DNA of 64,000 nucleotides, taken from a virus (Duplodnaviria; Caudoviricetes). How positions within the stretch are numbered: the first letter of the stretch is position 1; every line of letters starts with the position of its first letter. Both the position numbers and the translations under genes were made by a program. A model generated the notes under the pieces. That model saw only the letters and a program-made list of their open reading frames with translations, was not told where the DNA came from and ran no database searches. The stretch lies in IMG/VR virus record IMGVR_UViG_3300037424_001021, positions 1-64,000 of that record; one strand, written 5' to 3'. Below are positions 38,301-47,300 of the stretch, in pieces.

Positions 38301-40011
38301 TATAAATGGAGCTATTAATTTAAGAAAAGGAAAGTATATTGGCCAACAAGGTTACACTTTTGATATCCAAAGACGAGATTTAAAGAAAATTAAGATGGAT
38401 AAAATTCATTTGAATTATATTCCAAAATATAAAGAGTCTCAATCTAATAAATATAATTTTGAGAATGAAACTTTTCGTTTTGTTAGAGTTTCAAAAATAG
38501 AAATAGAAGAACAAGTTAATTGCGACTGGTATGACATTGCTATTGATGGAATAAACAATATTCATAGATTTGTTACTTCTCAAGGACTTGTTCACAATTC
38601 TGATGTTGCGCCATATAGTGATGCTTTTAAAACTGCTAAATTAGAAGTAATGCGCGCCCGAAAAATGAAATCTTGGACAGAAAGAGATGAAGAATTATTT
38701 ACTCAAGCAACTGATCAATTAAAAGAAAAGAAACAAGGACAACAATTTCAAGAATATCAATATCTCAATGAGATGGGCGGGTTAAGTGATAGCCCAGGTA
38801 AACAGTATGCGTCTCAATTATTAACAGAAATAAATGAAACACAAAAGAAAGGTATATCTTTTAATCAGTCAACTTTAAAAAATACAATAGGAAGTTATTG
38901 GGAATTATTAAGTCATAATGCAGAAACTGCTTTAGATCAATTAACTCCAGTATCTCCAGGAGCAAAATTAGTTCATCAACGTTCAGCAATTGAATCCTAT
39001 GAAAGAACTCAATTGTACGGTCAGTCTAATGCCTTTTGGCAACATCCTGTAAAAGATTTTCTTGCCCCATTTGCTCGTTCAGTCTCTCATGCATTTGGTT
39101 ATGAAGGAGAAAGTCCAGGTATACGCGAAAAGAGAGATATAGAAAGTTACTTTGATGTTTTAAAATATATGAAAGCTTCACGACTTGCAAATATAGCAAG
39201 GCAAGCTAAAGACGAAGAAGCTGTAAAAGAATTTGAAACTCAAAAAGACCAAACTCTTTTTGGCATAAATCCATTTACACGTAGATATGGAGACTTATTA
39301 CGAGCATTGCCAAGAGCAGAACGTGATTATCTTGGAGCATTTGAAAAAGCTGATACTTATGACGAGCGTGCAAAAATTCTTAAAATGGTTCCTGAAAATG
39401 AAAGAGGATTGTATCTTGCTCGATGGAAGTTAACCGAAGCTGACGAAATTCGTAGAGCACAAAAGGCGGGTATTTTATCACAAGACCAACTTAAACAAGC
39501 GGATAAAGAATTAGAACAATTTTATGGAGAAGCTAAAACAGAAGGGTTTCCATCTTCAAAAGAATTATTTGCAGAGTATTCTGCAACTCGTTCTTATAAT
39601 GAAAATTACGGAGATTGGTATAGAAGAATTTATCTATTGCCGAAAATTCCTAATCTTCCAGGGTCAGACTGGGTAGGATTTACTCCCCAGGTTGATTTAG
39701 AAGATATCAAAATGAAAGTCGTCAAAGAACATGGAAAAAATATTCATGATTACAATTTATGGGAATCCAGAGAAAAACAACTTGCCTATAAGTCGTATAT
39801 CAATGAAGAAGTAATTGCTCCAATTATGAAACCTAACCAGTTATCAATAGAAGAAAGAAAAAGTCAAATCAATGACGTATTACTTGCCAATGAAATCAAA
39901 GGTAGTACATTTATTAGAAGAGACAAAACTAGTAATAATTCTATAGATATTCATATAGAACAAAATAGAGATAAAGAAAAAGAAAAATTGATTTTAAAAG
40001 CATTGGATTAA
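32383..40011 (+). CDS. Tape-measure-position giant virion protein with three inteins (about 1289 aa after splicing)
   Basis: Follows the chaperones; multiple Gly-rich hydrophobic helices in the N-half; three complete inteins; TTG start. Confidence 0.65.
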   Translation: MARFPYVYSLASGRVYYGSALPSNNQNNQPQYWTNQPQIPVTSNFQVLKNTAITGGVLGTIGAIGFLPTKTGNVWDKYLHGMRAIEEFSPGGILRTFQLSNVFSPLSSTVKKANYHITPELLANNPTYLEYLSRLIGGSDTKFKLYQQGVTFRGGKLHWGTGNELALRYSSMLLSAGHGTAQRIGAAYARNLGLQSNVPLEHFFANIQPRPELAELINPSIEKEAFQVIGGQSRLQSSYRYISAIGTEQVDRFNRLLNAQSDIPILKEAFGKLQTSWKSVFGKPFKLGVKETGGLRMFGKLGFKYGVGLTALTLGYQTLDWTARRSELLDDTVLDEGLTVAGATVGIKANLAISKIAEKLGLHSYREKQEEIAPGSTSLTKLAAFPIMGALAPIGGLYAYKTTKMASLIRQGLTPAAARETAQEAISSWKSGPLLEQVGNIFAKKGGLYSNGGILDNLIKKIAFPDKAGNLIYKGLGKLTPGKLGAAMGASIGLAMIAPFLPGALMPSQRPDELEALYSGRKEIAIRKGRGWLMGRSKFEGEKPITFLPHWFPRMRMRATERGLWGPEEDERSPISKWLAKETSYELELRHYYDRPYGLTGTFGEDLPLIGPLVGATIGRLIKPPRPMHESEFQGKGGEFLVPQPRYGERINTEIGQQLPGKPVSPYSPTQVAGEQIYRMCFTKDTSIRMADKAYKKINEIKINDEIWQLKQPKRVKNIFIHSQTEDEQLKEIQVYGDWRKLKVTDSHIVLALQPKFCSAKTYNCIPNGSRESSKCKKCKNKLYQKYQLEWIPVKELKKWDYLIQYIPKAKDSKKELYLPDILNMDNFEIIDNQIYRRIQKSFVRKSNDYINFKGTEIHRKGNEYSADYIDRNAKTLPLSIPLNWDFGWLCGYSLAEGSPRAYQVSYAAHIDELDSHFKKLFDLMNLFFNEKEIRWIVKKDGEQKLTNGIEAIINHTSLAELLRSLLGIPSHKKINSILLNSNKEFLLGLLNGFIDGDFHIREKELSCNQSNQILQEQLRDIFFSLGIQVNTTYVEKTNGIPDKLYYAYGFNLYRNEIFKLRQLGKSGFKLSKDIATGKTKSTESFLEEYPDYYILYKKIKSIKNLPSTDFLYDLEIEDNHHYYAEDCVVHNSEMVGLPGFIESSIKEKLTGTQDWFDQFAQLETSRRMGGSERNYWDRELGDIFGTSETIRRFFPHRRRGIDLYNPITNTQPCLLPDTEVLMADGKCKRAEDIKIGEKLISHKGEEVFVENIGKFPTSKVVHLSLYGDNFHKLDFSPNHPILTDELIFKNAEDIRKGDYVAFPIRNYEKEIPTYKIDISNFLNINCSKTDKYLYYGIQSSNYMENEIAEKYKFKIKEIPLEIKHKYPKLYKICNYRLNSNRKSSYKRILRNWDIEDFYYLIGVYITEGSVFSLRDKSFKLSGHKQDKWEERIKNIFNKYEIKYSIEDSITGTGRNFQITNPILFNILRDISPGHAKEKYITENILNHSNPEIAIKSLIKALIDGDGCYFKTKSNRIRCQLKTTSKNLAYQFRNLVIDVFHFAPSITHSVFKEKESFHISLSGLNANILAKEIGYQIFDYTPKQNNNKQYSDNSYIYIKVKKVLTEEKDTYVIGHQVAGDHTFCVSLIATHNTWMPGAGDKSPDFRTGDPMVKIPFGEMRLPGPGIEARYPELEGVAPEDYKPAYRYKILCLDAKTLVITDSGMKSIQTILETDQVIGEDGQYHSILSKIHNTRIDDKYKLYTFYNFEPLICSAKHKILTSDKSGNITEKEAQNITQNDYLVFPKSSFGNKKNLCIGDYCNTDDVNIQYIKGVYSAKAKGSQNFIPFNLEVNYNLGFIFGLYLAEGGISRSTVITFTFNIEEKNTIAKKVEEFCNQIELPYTTRETTTNSYQIIISNRLLARFLGENFGYTQYTHHIKLDYLNYSKEFVQGIFDGHFNGDGYMACTQSTINGRSTSVCKGLIENLRLMGLMLNINGAINLRKGKYIGQQGYTFDIQRRDLKKIKMDKIHLNYIPKYKESQSNKYNFENETFRFVRVSKIEIEEQVNCDWYDIAIDGINNIHRFVTSQGLVHNSDVAPYSDAFKTAKLEVMRARKMKSWTERDEELFTQATDQLKEKKQGQQFQEYQYLNEMGGLSDSPGKQYASQLLTEINETQKKGISFNQSTLKNTIGSYWELLSHNAETALDQLTPVSPGAKLVHQRSAIESYERTQLYGQSNAFWQHPVKDFLAPFARSVSHAFGYEGESPGIREKRDIESYFDVLKYMKASRLANIARQAKDEEAVKEFETQKDQTLFGINPFTRRYGDLLRALPRAERDYLGAFEKADTYDERAKILKMVPENERGLYLARWKLTEADEIRRAQKAGILSQDQLKQADKELEQFYGEAKTEGFPSSKELFAEYSATRSYNENYGDWYRRIYLLPKIPNLPGSDWVGFTPQVDLEDIKMKVVKEHGKNIHDYNLWESREKQLAYKSYINEEVIAPIMKPNQLSIEERKSQINDVLLANEIKGSTFIRRDKTSNNSIDIHIEQNRDKEKEKLILKALD
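34423..35778 (+). mobile_element. Intein 1 (452 aa) with LAGLIDADG endonuclease and a Cys-rich insert
   Basis: M|CFTKDTSI...DCVVHN|S; GYSLAEGS and NGFIDGDF motifs. Confidence 0.93.
36022..37278 (+). mobile_element. Intein 2 (419 aa) with LAGLIDADG endonuclease
   Basis: P|CLLPDTEV...IATHN|T; GVYITEGS and KALIDGDGC motifs. Confidence 0.93.
37453..38598 (+). mobile_element. Intein 3 (382 aa) with LAGLIDADG endonuclease
   Basis: L|CLDAKTLV...GLVHN|S; GLYLAEGG and GHFNGDGY motifs. Confidence 0.93.
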
Positions 40012-40014
40012 GAT

Positions 40015-43000
40015 ATGCCGCCGCCAAAAAAAGAAACAAATAGTGGAGATTCATTTTTAAAAGCCGCAATTAGAGTAGGCACCGCTGGTGGATTATATGC
40101 TTCGTATAGAAAAGGTAGAGATTTAAAAACAGCAAAAAATTCATTTATCGAAACAAGTCAAGCGGTTGCTAAACCTTCAGGATTTGCTAACAAAACCGAA
40201 TATCTTGCTTTTCTTGAACAGCACAAGGAATTTATGCAAACTCCAGAAGGAGCAGAATTAACAAAACAAGCTTGGTTAAGAGCAGCAGAAAATGTCTCGC
40301 CTTCGTCTAAAAATCTTCTTTCTTTTACTTCAAATTTACAAAATGCGGCGGGTACTAATGTTTATTCTGCAATTGAAGCAACAATTCAACGTAATGAATC
40401 TAAGTATATAGGACGTACTGTTTTTCAATTTAAAAGAAATTTTAATGCATTTCGTTCTCATTATTCGTTAACTAAAACACTTCCTCAATTTACTACAGCA
40501 CCTGCAACAATGGCTGGAGTAGGAGCAGGGAAAGATGTAGCAGTTAGCGCACTTCCTTCTGGGATACAAGGTTATGTGTCTCGTATGCAACAAGAACTGG
40601 GAGGTTTAGTTAAAGCTAAATTTTATACGCGAAAAGGCTGGAAAGAAACTGGACATGGACAATATCTTTTAACTTTCGATACTCCAAAGGGTAAATTTTC
40701 TGTAAATGTTCCACTGCAATCTCAAGGAACTGTCGTGGAAGGATTAACTCAATCTTCTACGAGAATTGGACAATCAACTCGATTATTTGACAAAACAACA
40801 AAAGGACTTATTGGGACATATACGGCTCCAGAATTTATGCTTTATGAATTAGAAAAGACATTAATTCCCGCAATTCAGTCAGGCAAATATCAATCTGGTT
40901 ATGATATTCAAAAAGTAATCAATACTATATATGAAGAAAATATTGGTAAACTTGAAGCTGTACCTAATATTCCTGCAAATTTACGGCAAAAAGGTTGGAA
41001 ATCTTATACAGGAATTAAAAGTAGAGCTGTTAGATTAAGATTATTAGATCAAGCAAATCAACAATCAATTTTTAGAATTCCTGGTTCAGAAGAAAGAATG
41101 GCATTATTAAGAAGTAATAGAGATTTAACTCCTTTTACTTCTCCAGGTAATTTAGCAGAAGCAACCTATAGTACATATGATCCTCGTGCCTTATTGCCTA
41201 CTCCAGAAGCAATTGATTTTAGTCGTTCGCCTCGTCAAATGAACAGAGAATGGAAGGCAACCGAATATGCATCAAGAGCAATAAGAAATCTTGGTAGAAG
41301 TAAATTTGAAACAGTGCAATGGCAAAGAGATATGGGAGTTGGTTCGTCTCCTTTATTGAAAGCAATTTATATAGATCCAGAACGTCATTCTGATTTACTT
41401 CAAAAATTCGGTATGGCAGAAGGCGAACATTTGTTTGCAGAAAATCCAGAAGTTCGAAGAATGCTTCAATCTGAAAGAATTGGTTTTTCTGGTAATTTAA
41501 AAAGTATCACTCCTAATCTAGAAAAAAGAATTCGAGAAGGACGATTTACTCCAGGCGAAATTCTTGGAATGACAACAGAAGGAGAAGCCTATAGATATCA
41601 GAAAGGAATGAATCTTCTTGGATTACAACAAGTTTCAACTAAAGGTAAAGGAGCTTTTTATCAATTAAGTTATAAAGAAGTTTATGATTTTTCAGAAGCA
41701 GAAAAAACTTTCGGAACTAAAGGAATGGGCAAGTTTGTTAATGAATTTAATGTTCAAAAAGAAATTGCACCATTGACTCAAAATGCACAGATAACTCAAG
41801 GTTTTCAAACTGTTATTAATATGGATATACTCAAAAAAGACAGACAGCTTCATAATCAACAAATGCTTGGTGCGCTACATGAAGCAATAGTTATTAGATT
41901 TAATCAAGGAGCTAATCTTTCTGGTTGGGAAAAACGTTTCTATGAGAATCCAGTTGGTATAGGAAATATGTTAAGTAAACAAGCTACGACTGGAAATATA
42001 TATAGTCATGAGAATTTTGTGGCTAATTTAATGAGATTAGCAACTCAAAAACTAAAAGTTAATCCAGAAGAATTTGGCGTAGCATTTGGTTCTGTTCCAT
42101 ATACGATGGGATTAGAATGGGCACAGCAGCAAATGGAATCATTAGCTCTCTCTCAAGCACATAGAATGTCTTTGTTTTCTGGAATTTCTGGAGGATTAGC
42201 AAGAACAGTATTTGCAGGTCCTCATTCAAGGAATGCAGGAACACTGGGAGCATTAGAACCCCGCGTTTTTGAACAACTAACCGCAGGACAATTTGGACCT
42301 ATGGGAGATCAAATTGCAGAAGATTTATTTAATAGACTTCGGGTTACTAATCCAGAACAATTTGAGACTTTTGAAGCTTTGACTAAATCTTTACGTTCAA
42401 TGACGGGAGTAATAAAACCAGGAAAAGGAGAAGAAATTTGGGATTTATCGAATATAAACAAGATTTATGAATCTCAAGCTTTTCAAGAACAAATAGAAAA
42501 AGGAAGTTTCTGGTTACGTACTGGAAAGTTTGGGATACCAGATATATACGTTCCTGGAGTTGCCGAAGCTTCAAGGTTCGAGAGATATAAGACAGCAGGG
42601 GGCGAAGCCTTCAGAGGAGATATATCAAGTTTATACCATGATTATGCGCGAAAGGCGGGTACTGTATACCAAGATGTTGGACAAATAAGCAAAGAAGAAC
42701 TTCAGCAGTCTTTTGAAGAATTGATTTCAGGAGTTCACAAACAACAAGCTCCATTAGGAAAAGGAGCTGGAGCTTTATTCGGAGGCAAGGTTCTTGGTTC
42801 GAGATACCTGACCGCAGTATCGTCAATTGCTGGATATACTCCTCCTAATCTCAATACTGTTGGAATTAGTCCAGAATATCTAAATCAAATGATGGAGGAA
42901 ATGAAAGAAACTGGACTTTACGACACAGAAACCTTAGTAAGAAATCGGAAAATTTTAGAAAGAGGTGGAACTATTCCTGGCATGATCAGACGAGATCCAG

Positions 43001-44364
43001 CAATTGGTTCTTATTCTCAACAATTAATAAATTTCCAAATGATGAAAAATGCCGAAGGTCCAGTAATTGCAGTTCCATCTCGATTGACTCAAATCGCAAT
43101 TCAGGGAGAAGAAGAGTTGAATCCAGTTAAACTTGGTCCGATGTTGGGTCTTTCTGGAGATTATGATGGAGATACAGTTGCAGCTTTTCTTCTAAATCCA
43201 AAATTAAATAAAGATATCAATCAACATTTCACATCTCTTTCATCTAATTCGGAGTATCAGCAAGCTTATATCCAACACCAGATCAGAACACAATTAATGC
43301 AAGCAAAGGGTCTTGGAGTTAAAGGCGAAGTTGGACAAACTATATTAGATAAAATGATTGCAGATGCAGAGAAATTAGGAACTACTGAGTCTTGGGTGCC
43401 TAAATTATCAAATGAATTAACTGCAATGAAAGCAGCAGTTCATAGTAAGTTATCTAGACAGACTGCGGTAAACGCCAGAGCACTTTTAGAATTTGCAGAA
43501 CAAGTGCCTGTATCAGGCAAAAAACTACCAACAGGTCAAGTTCTTAACAGAACTATGGAAAGTTTATTTCAAACGATGCATCAATCAGTGCAATCTCGTG
43601 ATCCTGTTGCATTTACCAATGTTATCAATCGTATGTTGGAATCAAGTGGACCAATAACAAAAAGACTATTAACAGGAGATTTAAATATAACTTTAGAAGA
43701 CCAAACTCCGATAACTTTAAAAGGGATGGATCTTGAAGATACAGTAAATCAAATGATGGGAGCTTATACTCAAGCTCAAGAAAGTGGAGAAGCTCGATTT
43801 TTTAATCAATTGCGTGGACAATCTACTATGAAAGTTTCAACTTTAAGACGATATCTATCAGCAGGTTCTGAATTCTTGCAAGAAAAAACAACAGGTATTG
43901 GTTCTATGTTTAAAATGGTTTCAGCAACAATAGCTGGAGCTAATGAGTTAATGGCTGTTGGTAAAAAAATATTAACAAGTAAAAAAGTTGGATTTGGTTT
44001 TGCAGGAGCCATTGGATTGGCAATGGCATTGTCTTCTCCTAAAGATTCTATAGGGCCAGCTGTTGGATTAAATACTCAACCAAATCTAAATCCTAATAAA
44101 GGAAGTTCAAGAGTATCTCCTGACCAGATAGCTCCTTCTCAGCCATTAGGAAGTCCTACGTCTCCAGACTTGTTTAGTTCTCCGAATGCTCGTATTGCTA
44201 TGACTCCTGAATCTGGTAGAATATCAATTAGAGCAACCTCAGATAGGACTGTAAATAAACTAATGCTAGTTTCTAATATGACTGGTTCTAATAGTTCAAT
44301 AAATATAAGCGACCGTTCCGAACGTTTAAATAAACATGTTTTGATAAATAAATTGCTTGGTTAA
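40015..44364 (+). CDS. Putative single-chain two-barrel (DPBB) DNA-dependent RNA polymerase, probably virion-packaged
   Basis: Beta'-like motifs in correct order: FGGKVLGSRYL (~LGKRVDYSGRSV), GMIRRDPAIG (~LLNRAPTLH), LSGDYDGDTVAAFL (~NADFDGDQMAVHV; D1049/D1051/D1053). Weaker beta-like EKTFGTKG...TVINMD upstream. Confidence 0.7.
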   Translation: MPPPKKETNSGDSFLKAAIRVGTAGGLYASYRKGRDLKTAKNSFIETSQAVAKPSGFANKTEYLAFLEQHKEFMQTPEGAELTKQAWLRAAENVSPSSKNLLSFTSNLQNAAGTNVYSAIEATIQRNESKYIGRTVFQFKRNFNAFRSHYSLTKTLPQFTTAPATMAGVGAGKDVAVSALPSGIQGYVSRMQQELGGLVKAKFYTRKGWKETGHGQYLLTFDTPKGKFSVNVPLQSQGTVVEGLTQSSTRIGQSTRLFDKTTKGLIGTYTAPEFMLYELEKTLIPAIQSGKYQSGYDIQKVINTIYEENIGKLEAVPNIPANLRQKGWKSYTGIKSRAVRLRLLDQANQQSIFRIPGSEERMALLRSNRDLTPFTSPGNLAEATYSTYDPRALLPTPEAIDFSRSPRQMNREWKATEYASRAIRNLGRSKFETVQWQRDMGVGSSPLLKAIYIDPERHSDLLQKFGMAEGEHLFAENPEVRRMLQSERIGFSGNLKSITPNLEKRIREGRFTPGEILGMTTEGEAYRYQKGMNLLGLQQVSTKGKGAFYQLSYKEVYDFSEAEKTFGTKGMGKFVNEFNVQKEIAPLTQNAQITQGFQTVINMDILKKDRQLHNQQMLGALHEAIVIRFNQGANLSGWEKRFYENPVGIGNMLSKQATTGNIYSHENFVANLMRLATQKLKVNPEEFGVAFGSVPYTMGLEWAQQQMESLALSQAHRMSLFSGISGGLARTVFAGPHSRNAGTLGALEPRVFEQLTAGQFGPMGDQIAEDLFNRLRVTNPEQFETFEALTKSLRSMTGVIKPGKGEEIWDLSNINKIYESQAFQEQIEKGSFWLRTGKFGIPDIYVPGVAEASRFERYKTAGGEAFRGDISSLYHDYARKAGTVYQDVGQISKEELQQSFEELISGVHKQQAPLGKGAGALFGGKVLGSRYLTAVSSIAGYTPPNLNTVGISPEYLNQMMEEMKETGLYDTETLVRNRKILERGGTIPGMIRRDPAIGSYSQQLINFQMMKNAEGPVIAVPSRLTQIAIQGEEELNPVKLGPMLGLSGDYDGDTVAAFLLNPKLNKDINQHFTSLSSNSEYQQAYIQHQIRTQLMQAKGLGVKGEVGQTILDKMIADAEKLGTTESWVPKLSNELTAMKAAVHSKLSRQTAVNARALLEFAEQVPVSGKKLPTGQVLNRTMESLFQTMHQSVQSRDPVAFTNVINRMLESSGPITKRLLTGDLNITLEDQTPITLKGMDLEDTVNQMMGAYTQAQESGEARFFNQLRGQSTMKVSTLRRYLSAGSEFLQEKTTGIGSMFKMVSATIAGANELMAVGKKILTSKKVGFGFAGAIGLAMALSSPKDSIGPAVGLNTQPNLNPNKGSSRVSPDQIAPSQPLGSPTSPDLFSSPNARIAMTPESGRISIRATSDRTVNKLMLVSNMTGSNSSINISDRSERLNKHVLINKLLG

Positions 44365-44366
44365 TT

Positions 44367-47300
44367 ATGTCTAATTTAAATACAGACACTTCTTTCTTTC
44401 AGTTGAACGATATCTGCTTATCTATTCCACCTGAAAGCATAAGTATTCAGCATAAATTGTACAATAATACTTGGCAGACACTGCGTACTCGTTCTTCGAC
44501 TAAAGTTAAATCTGGTTTTTCTCAGATTGAGATAATTGTAAAATGTAAATTTGCAGATTTAGTTTTATTTCCAACATCAGGTGGATTACCTACCAATAGT
44601 TTTTATGAATTAAGAAATTTAGTTTCTCAATTTAGAATTACTCCATTTTGTTACGTAGAAAATCAATATTTAAGGGATAACATTTTATCCGGCGATTTGT
44701 CGGAAAATATGGCGCTTGCTTTGCGACAATTAGAGATATTTACTTCTCCAGACCAAGTAAACGTAGTAGATGTAATTTTTCATTTTGCATGGTTTAACTA
44801 TGCGCCTTTTCTGAAAAATTTTACTTTTAAACGAGACATTTTTCTACCAGATGAAGTGAATGATCCTAAAGATTCTCGTGCATATAGATTATTATATTTA
44901 GCAGAACAACAGCGGGTTATATACGATCCTCTGTTAAGTTTAAATGGAGATGTTAATTTTCAATTTTATGAATATAAAGTTATTTCTAAAAAACAATATC
45001 AAGCTTTAAAACATGATTACGAGTTATATGAAAAATTGCAAAATACGAATCCTGATCTTGTTATTGGTCGAGATCAATTATTAAATCTTGGATTTGCAGC
45101 AAATGAAACTAACGCCACTTTACAAAATTTATTTGGAAATCAATCTTCACAAAGTCAAGATATTACTTTAAATGACATTATCCAGTCATTAAATTCTTCA
45201 ATTCAGGATCCTACATCTTTTATTTCAACAATCCAAAAAGATTGGAAAGTTGTATATCTTGGAGGAGAACAAAAGTCAGTAAAACTGCAAACTACTTTAA
45301 AAACTGACCACGAGATTGAAGAAACAGAACTTAATAAAATTACCGAAGAAGAAATGGTACTTCTTCAAAAAAATCACGAAATTGATTTAGCAAAAGCTGG
45401 AATTGTCGTTACAGGACTTCATATTTCATTTGAAAATATATTAGCTACTATTCCTATGTTAGGTTATAGTTATCCAACTTTTCAACATATTGGTTCTACA
45501 GATGCAGTAATTTCATTGTCATTTCAAACTGATTCAGAAGCAGGAAGTCGTACTTTATCTAATATTCTTAACATCTATAATCAACAATCTTTAACTAATA
45601 GATTTATTCCACAAGGTCATCGCAATATTCATATTACTAATGATTTACTTGGAATGTGTGGATTACGAAATTTTATCATTGAAAGCAAAAGCATTCAAAC
45701 TGTTCCTGGTCAACCAGGTGTATCTGTTGGAACTTTAGTTTTCCTTGATGATTCATTAAATGAGAATACAAGTGAACAAATTATACAAGGTCAAAGTTTT
45801 ACTACAAGTTTCGATATAAGAAACAAAATTGCAAAAATTCTAGAAAAAAATCTGCAATTAGTCTCTAATGTCTTTAAATTTAATGACGAAGGAGAAGCTA
45901 TTTTAAATTCAGAAGCAGCTATTAGAATAGCAACTGGACAAACTGTAGCCGTTGTTGCAGGAGTTGCTGGAGTACCAGGTTCTGTTACAAATATAGCAAT
46001 AACTAAATCTTCGTATTACCGATATATTGGGATAAATGATAATAATCATCAAGTCTTTAAAAAACTTTGCGAAGAATATGGTTTAAATCTTTCTATTCTC
46101 TTAGAAGAATTAGTTGAATATTTGCAAGAAAAAGAATCTTTCTTATTGCAATTAAAAAGATTTTTTAAACACACTGAATCTGGAAGTTCTTTTTTATATC
46201 ATTTTTTTGGATTAACTAATGAAGAAATTATAGGTATCAGTAAACTTCAAGAAGACATGTATCCAGTTTTTCAGAAAAATTCTCGAAGAGACGAGTTAAG
46301 CGATAGCAGAATAAGTTCTCTAAATGAATTGCAAAAATTCTCTCGCGAACAACTAGAGCAATTAAATGATATAGAAACAACAGGGACTCAAACAAGTCAA
46401 ACTCAAGATTTATTGCTTTCCTTTATGCAAGATAAATTTACAGAATGGCAACAATTTACTTCCGCTTTTTTGGATAAAATTTTGTATTCTGGTTTAATAC
46501 ATTTGCCTCAATTTAAAGAAGCTACAGATTTAATTGCAAATAATGCATTAAATAGTGGAACTGATTGTTATCCAGATTTTCCCTTACAGAATTTAGTATC
46601 CTTATTGTCTTCTTCCAAGGATAATGATTTAAATTTAGCCTTTGAAGCATTAAACCAATTATTTCAAACTACTGATTTGGGATTTAAGAATATCTCGTTA
46701 TCTTCATTGATAAATCCTGATTTTTATTTTTTCAACAGAGTGACAGATACTATTGATGAAATTGTTCCTTCAGATATCGTCAAAAGAGCTACAGATGGAA
46801 TTATCAAAGCCAGAGAAATGATGGAGCCAGCTGAAAGTGATTGGATGAAAAAAGTTTATGAAACAAATCTTTTGACAGATATAAGAAGTAAACAAATTAC
46901 TGCCGATATGGCCAAACCACTAGCAGACAAAAGTTTAGAAAAAGCATTTCAAACAAAGGCAGGACAGTCTTATAGAAATCATTTACAAAGAGCAACAATT
47001 TTTGCACCAAATCAATTAGTAGGAAGTATTACCTCTGCAATTAAAGAATCTTCATATGGTAAAGATATAATTGAATTACCTGCATTTAGTTTAAGCAACA
47101 ATTCTCAAAATGTATTAACTAACGAGAGACAAGCTATTAATTTAACTGTTAATTCGAGTATTCCTGAAATAAAACATAATTTTGATACAGAAGAGGTATT
47201 AAAACCAATTAATCAACCAAATTCTCAAATTGTTTTTAACGGGACTATCGAAACTCAATTAATTGACAGTCAAGGACATAGTTTGCAAAAAGATGCCGCT

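Noticed and set aside
32383-40011. The giant protein as a second RNAP subunit
   Set aside because: No DxDGD or other RNAP motif is visible in the spliced extein.
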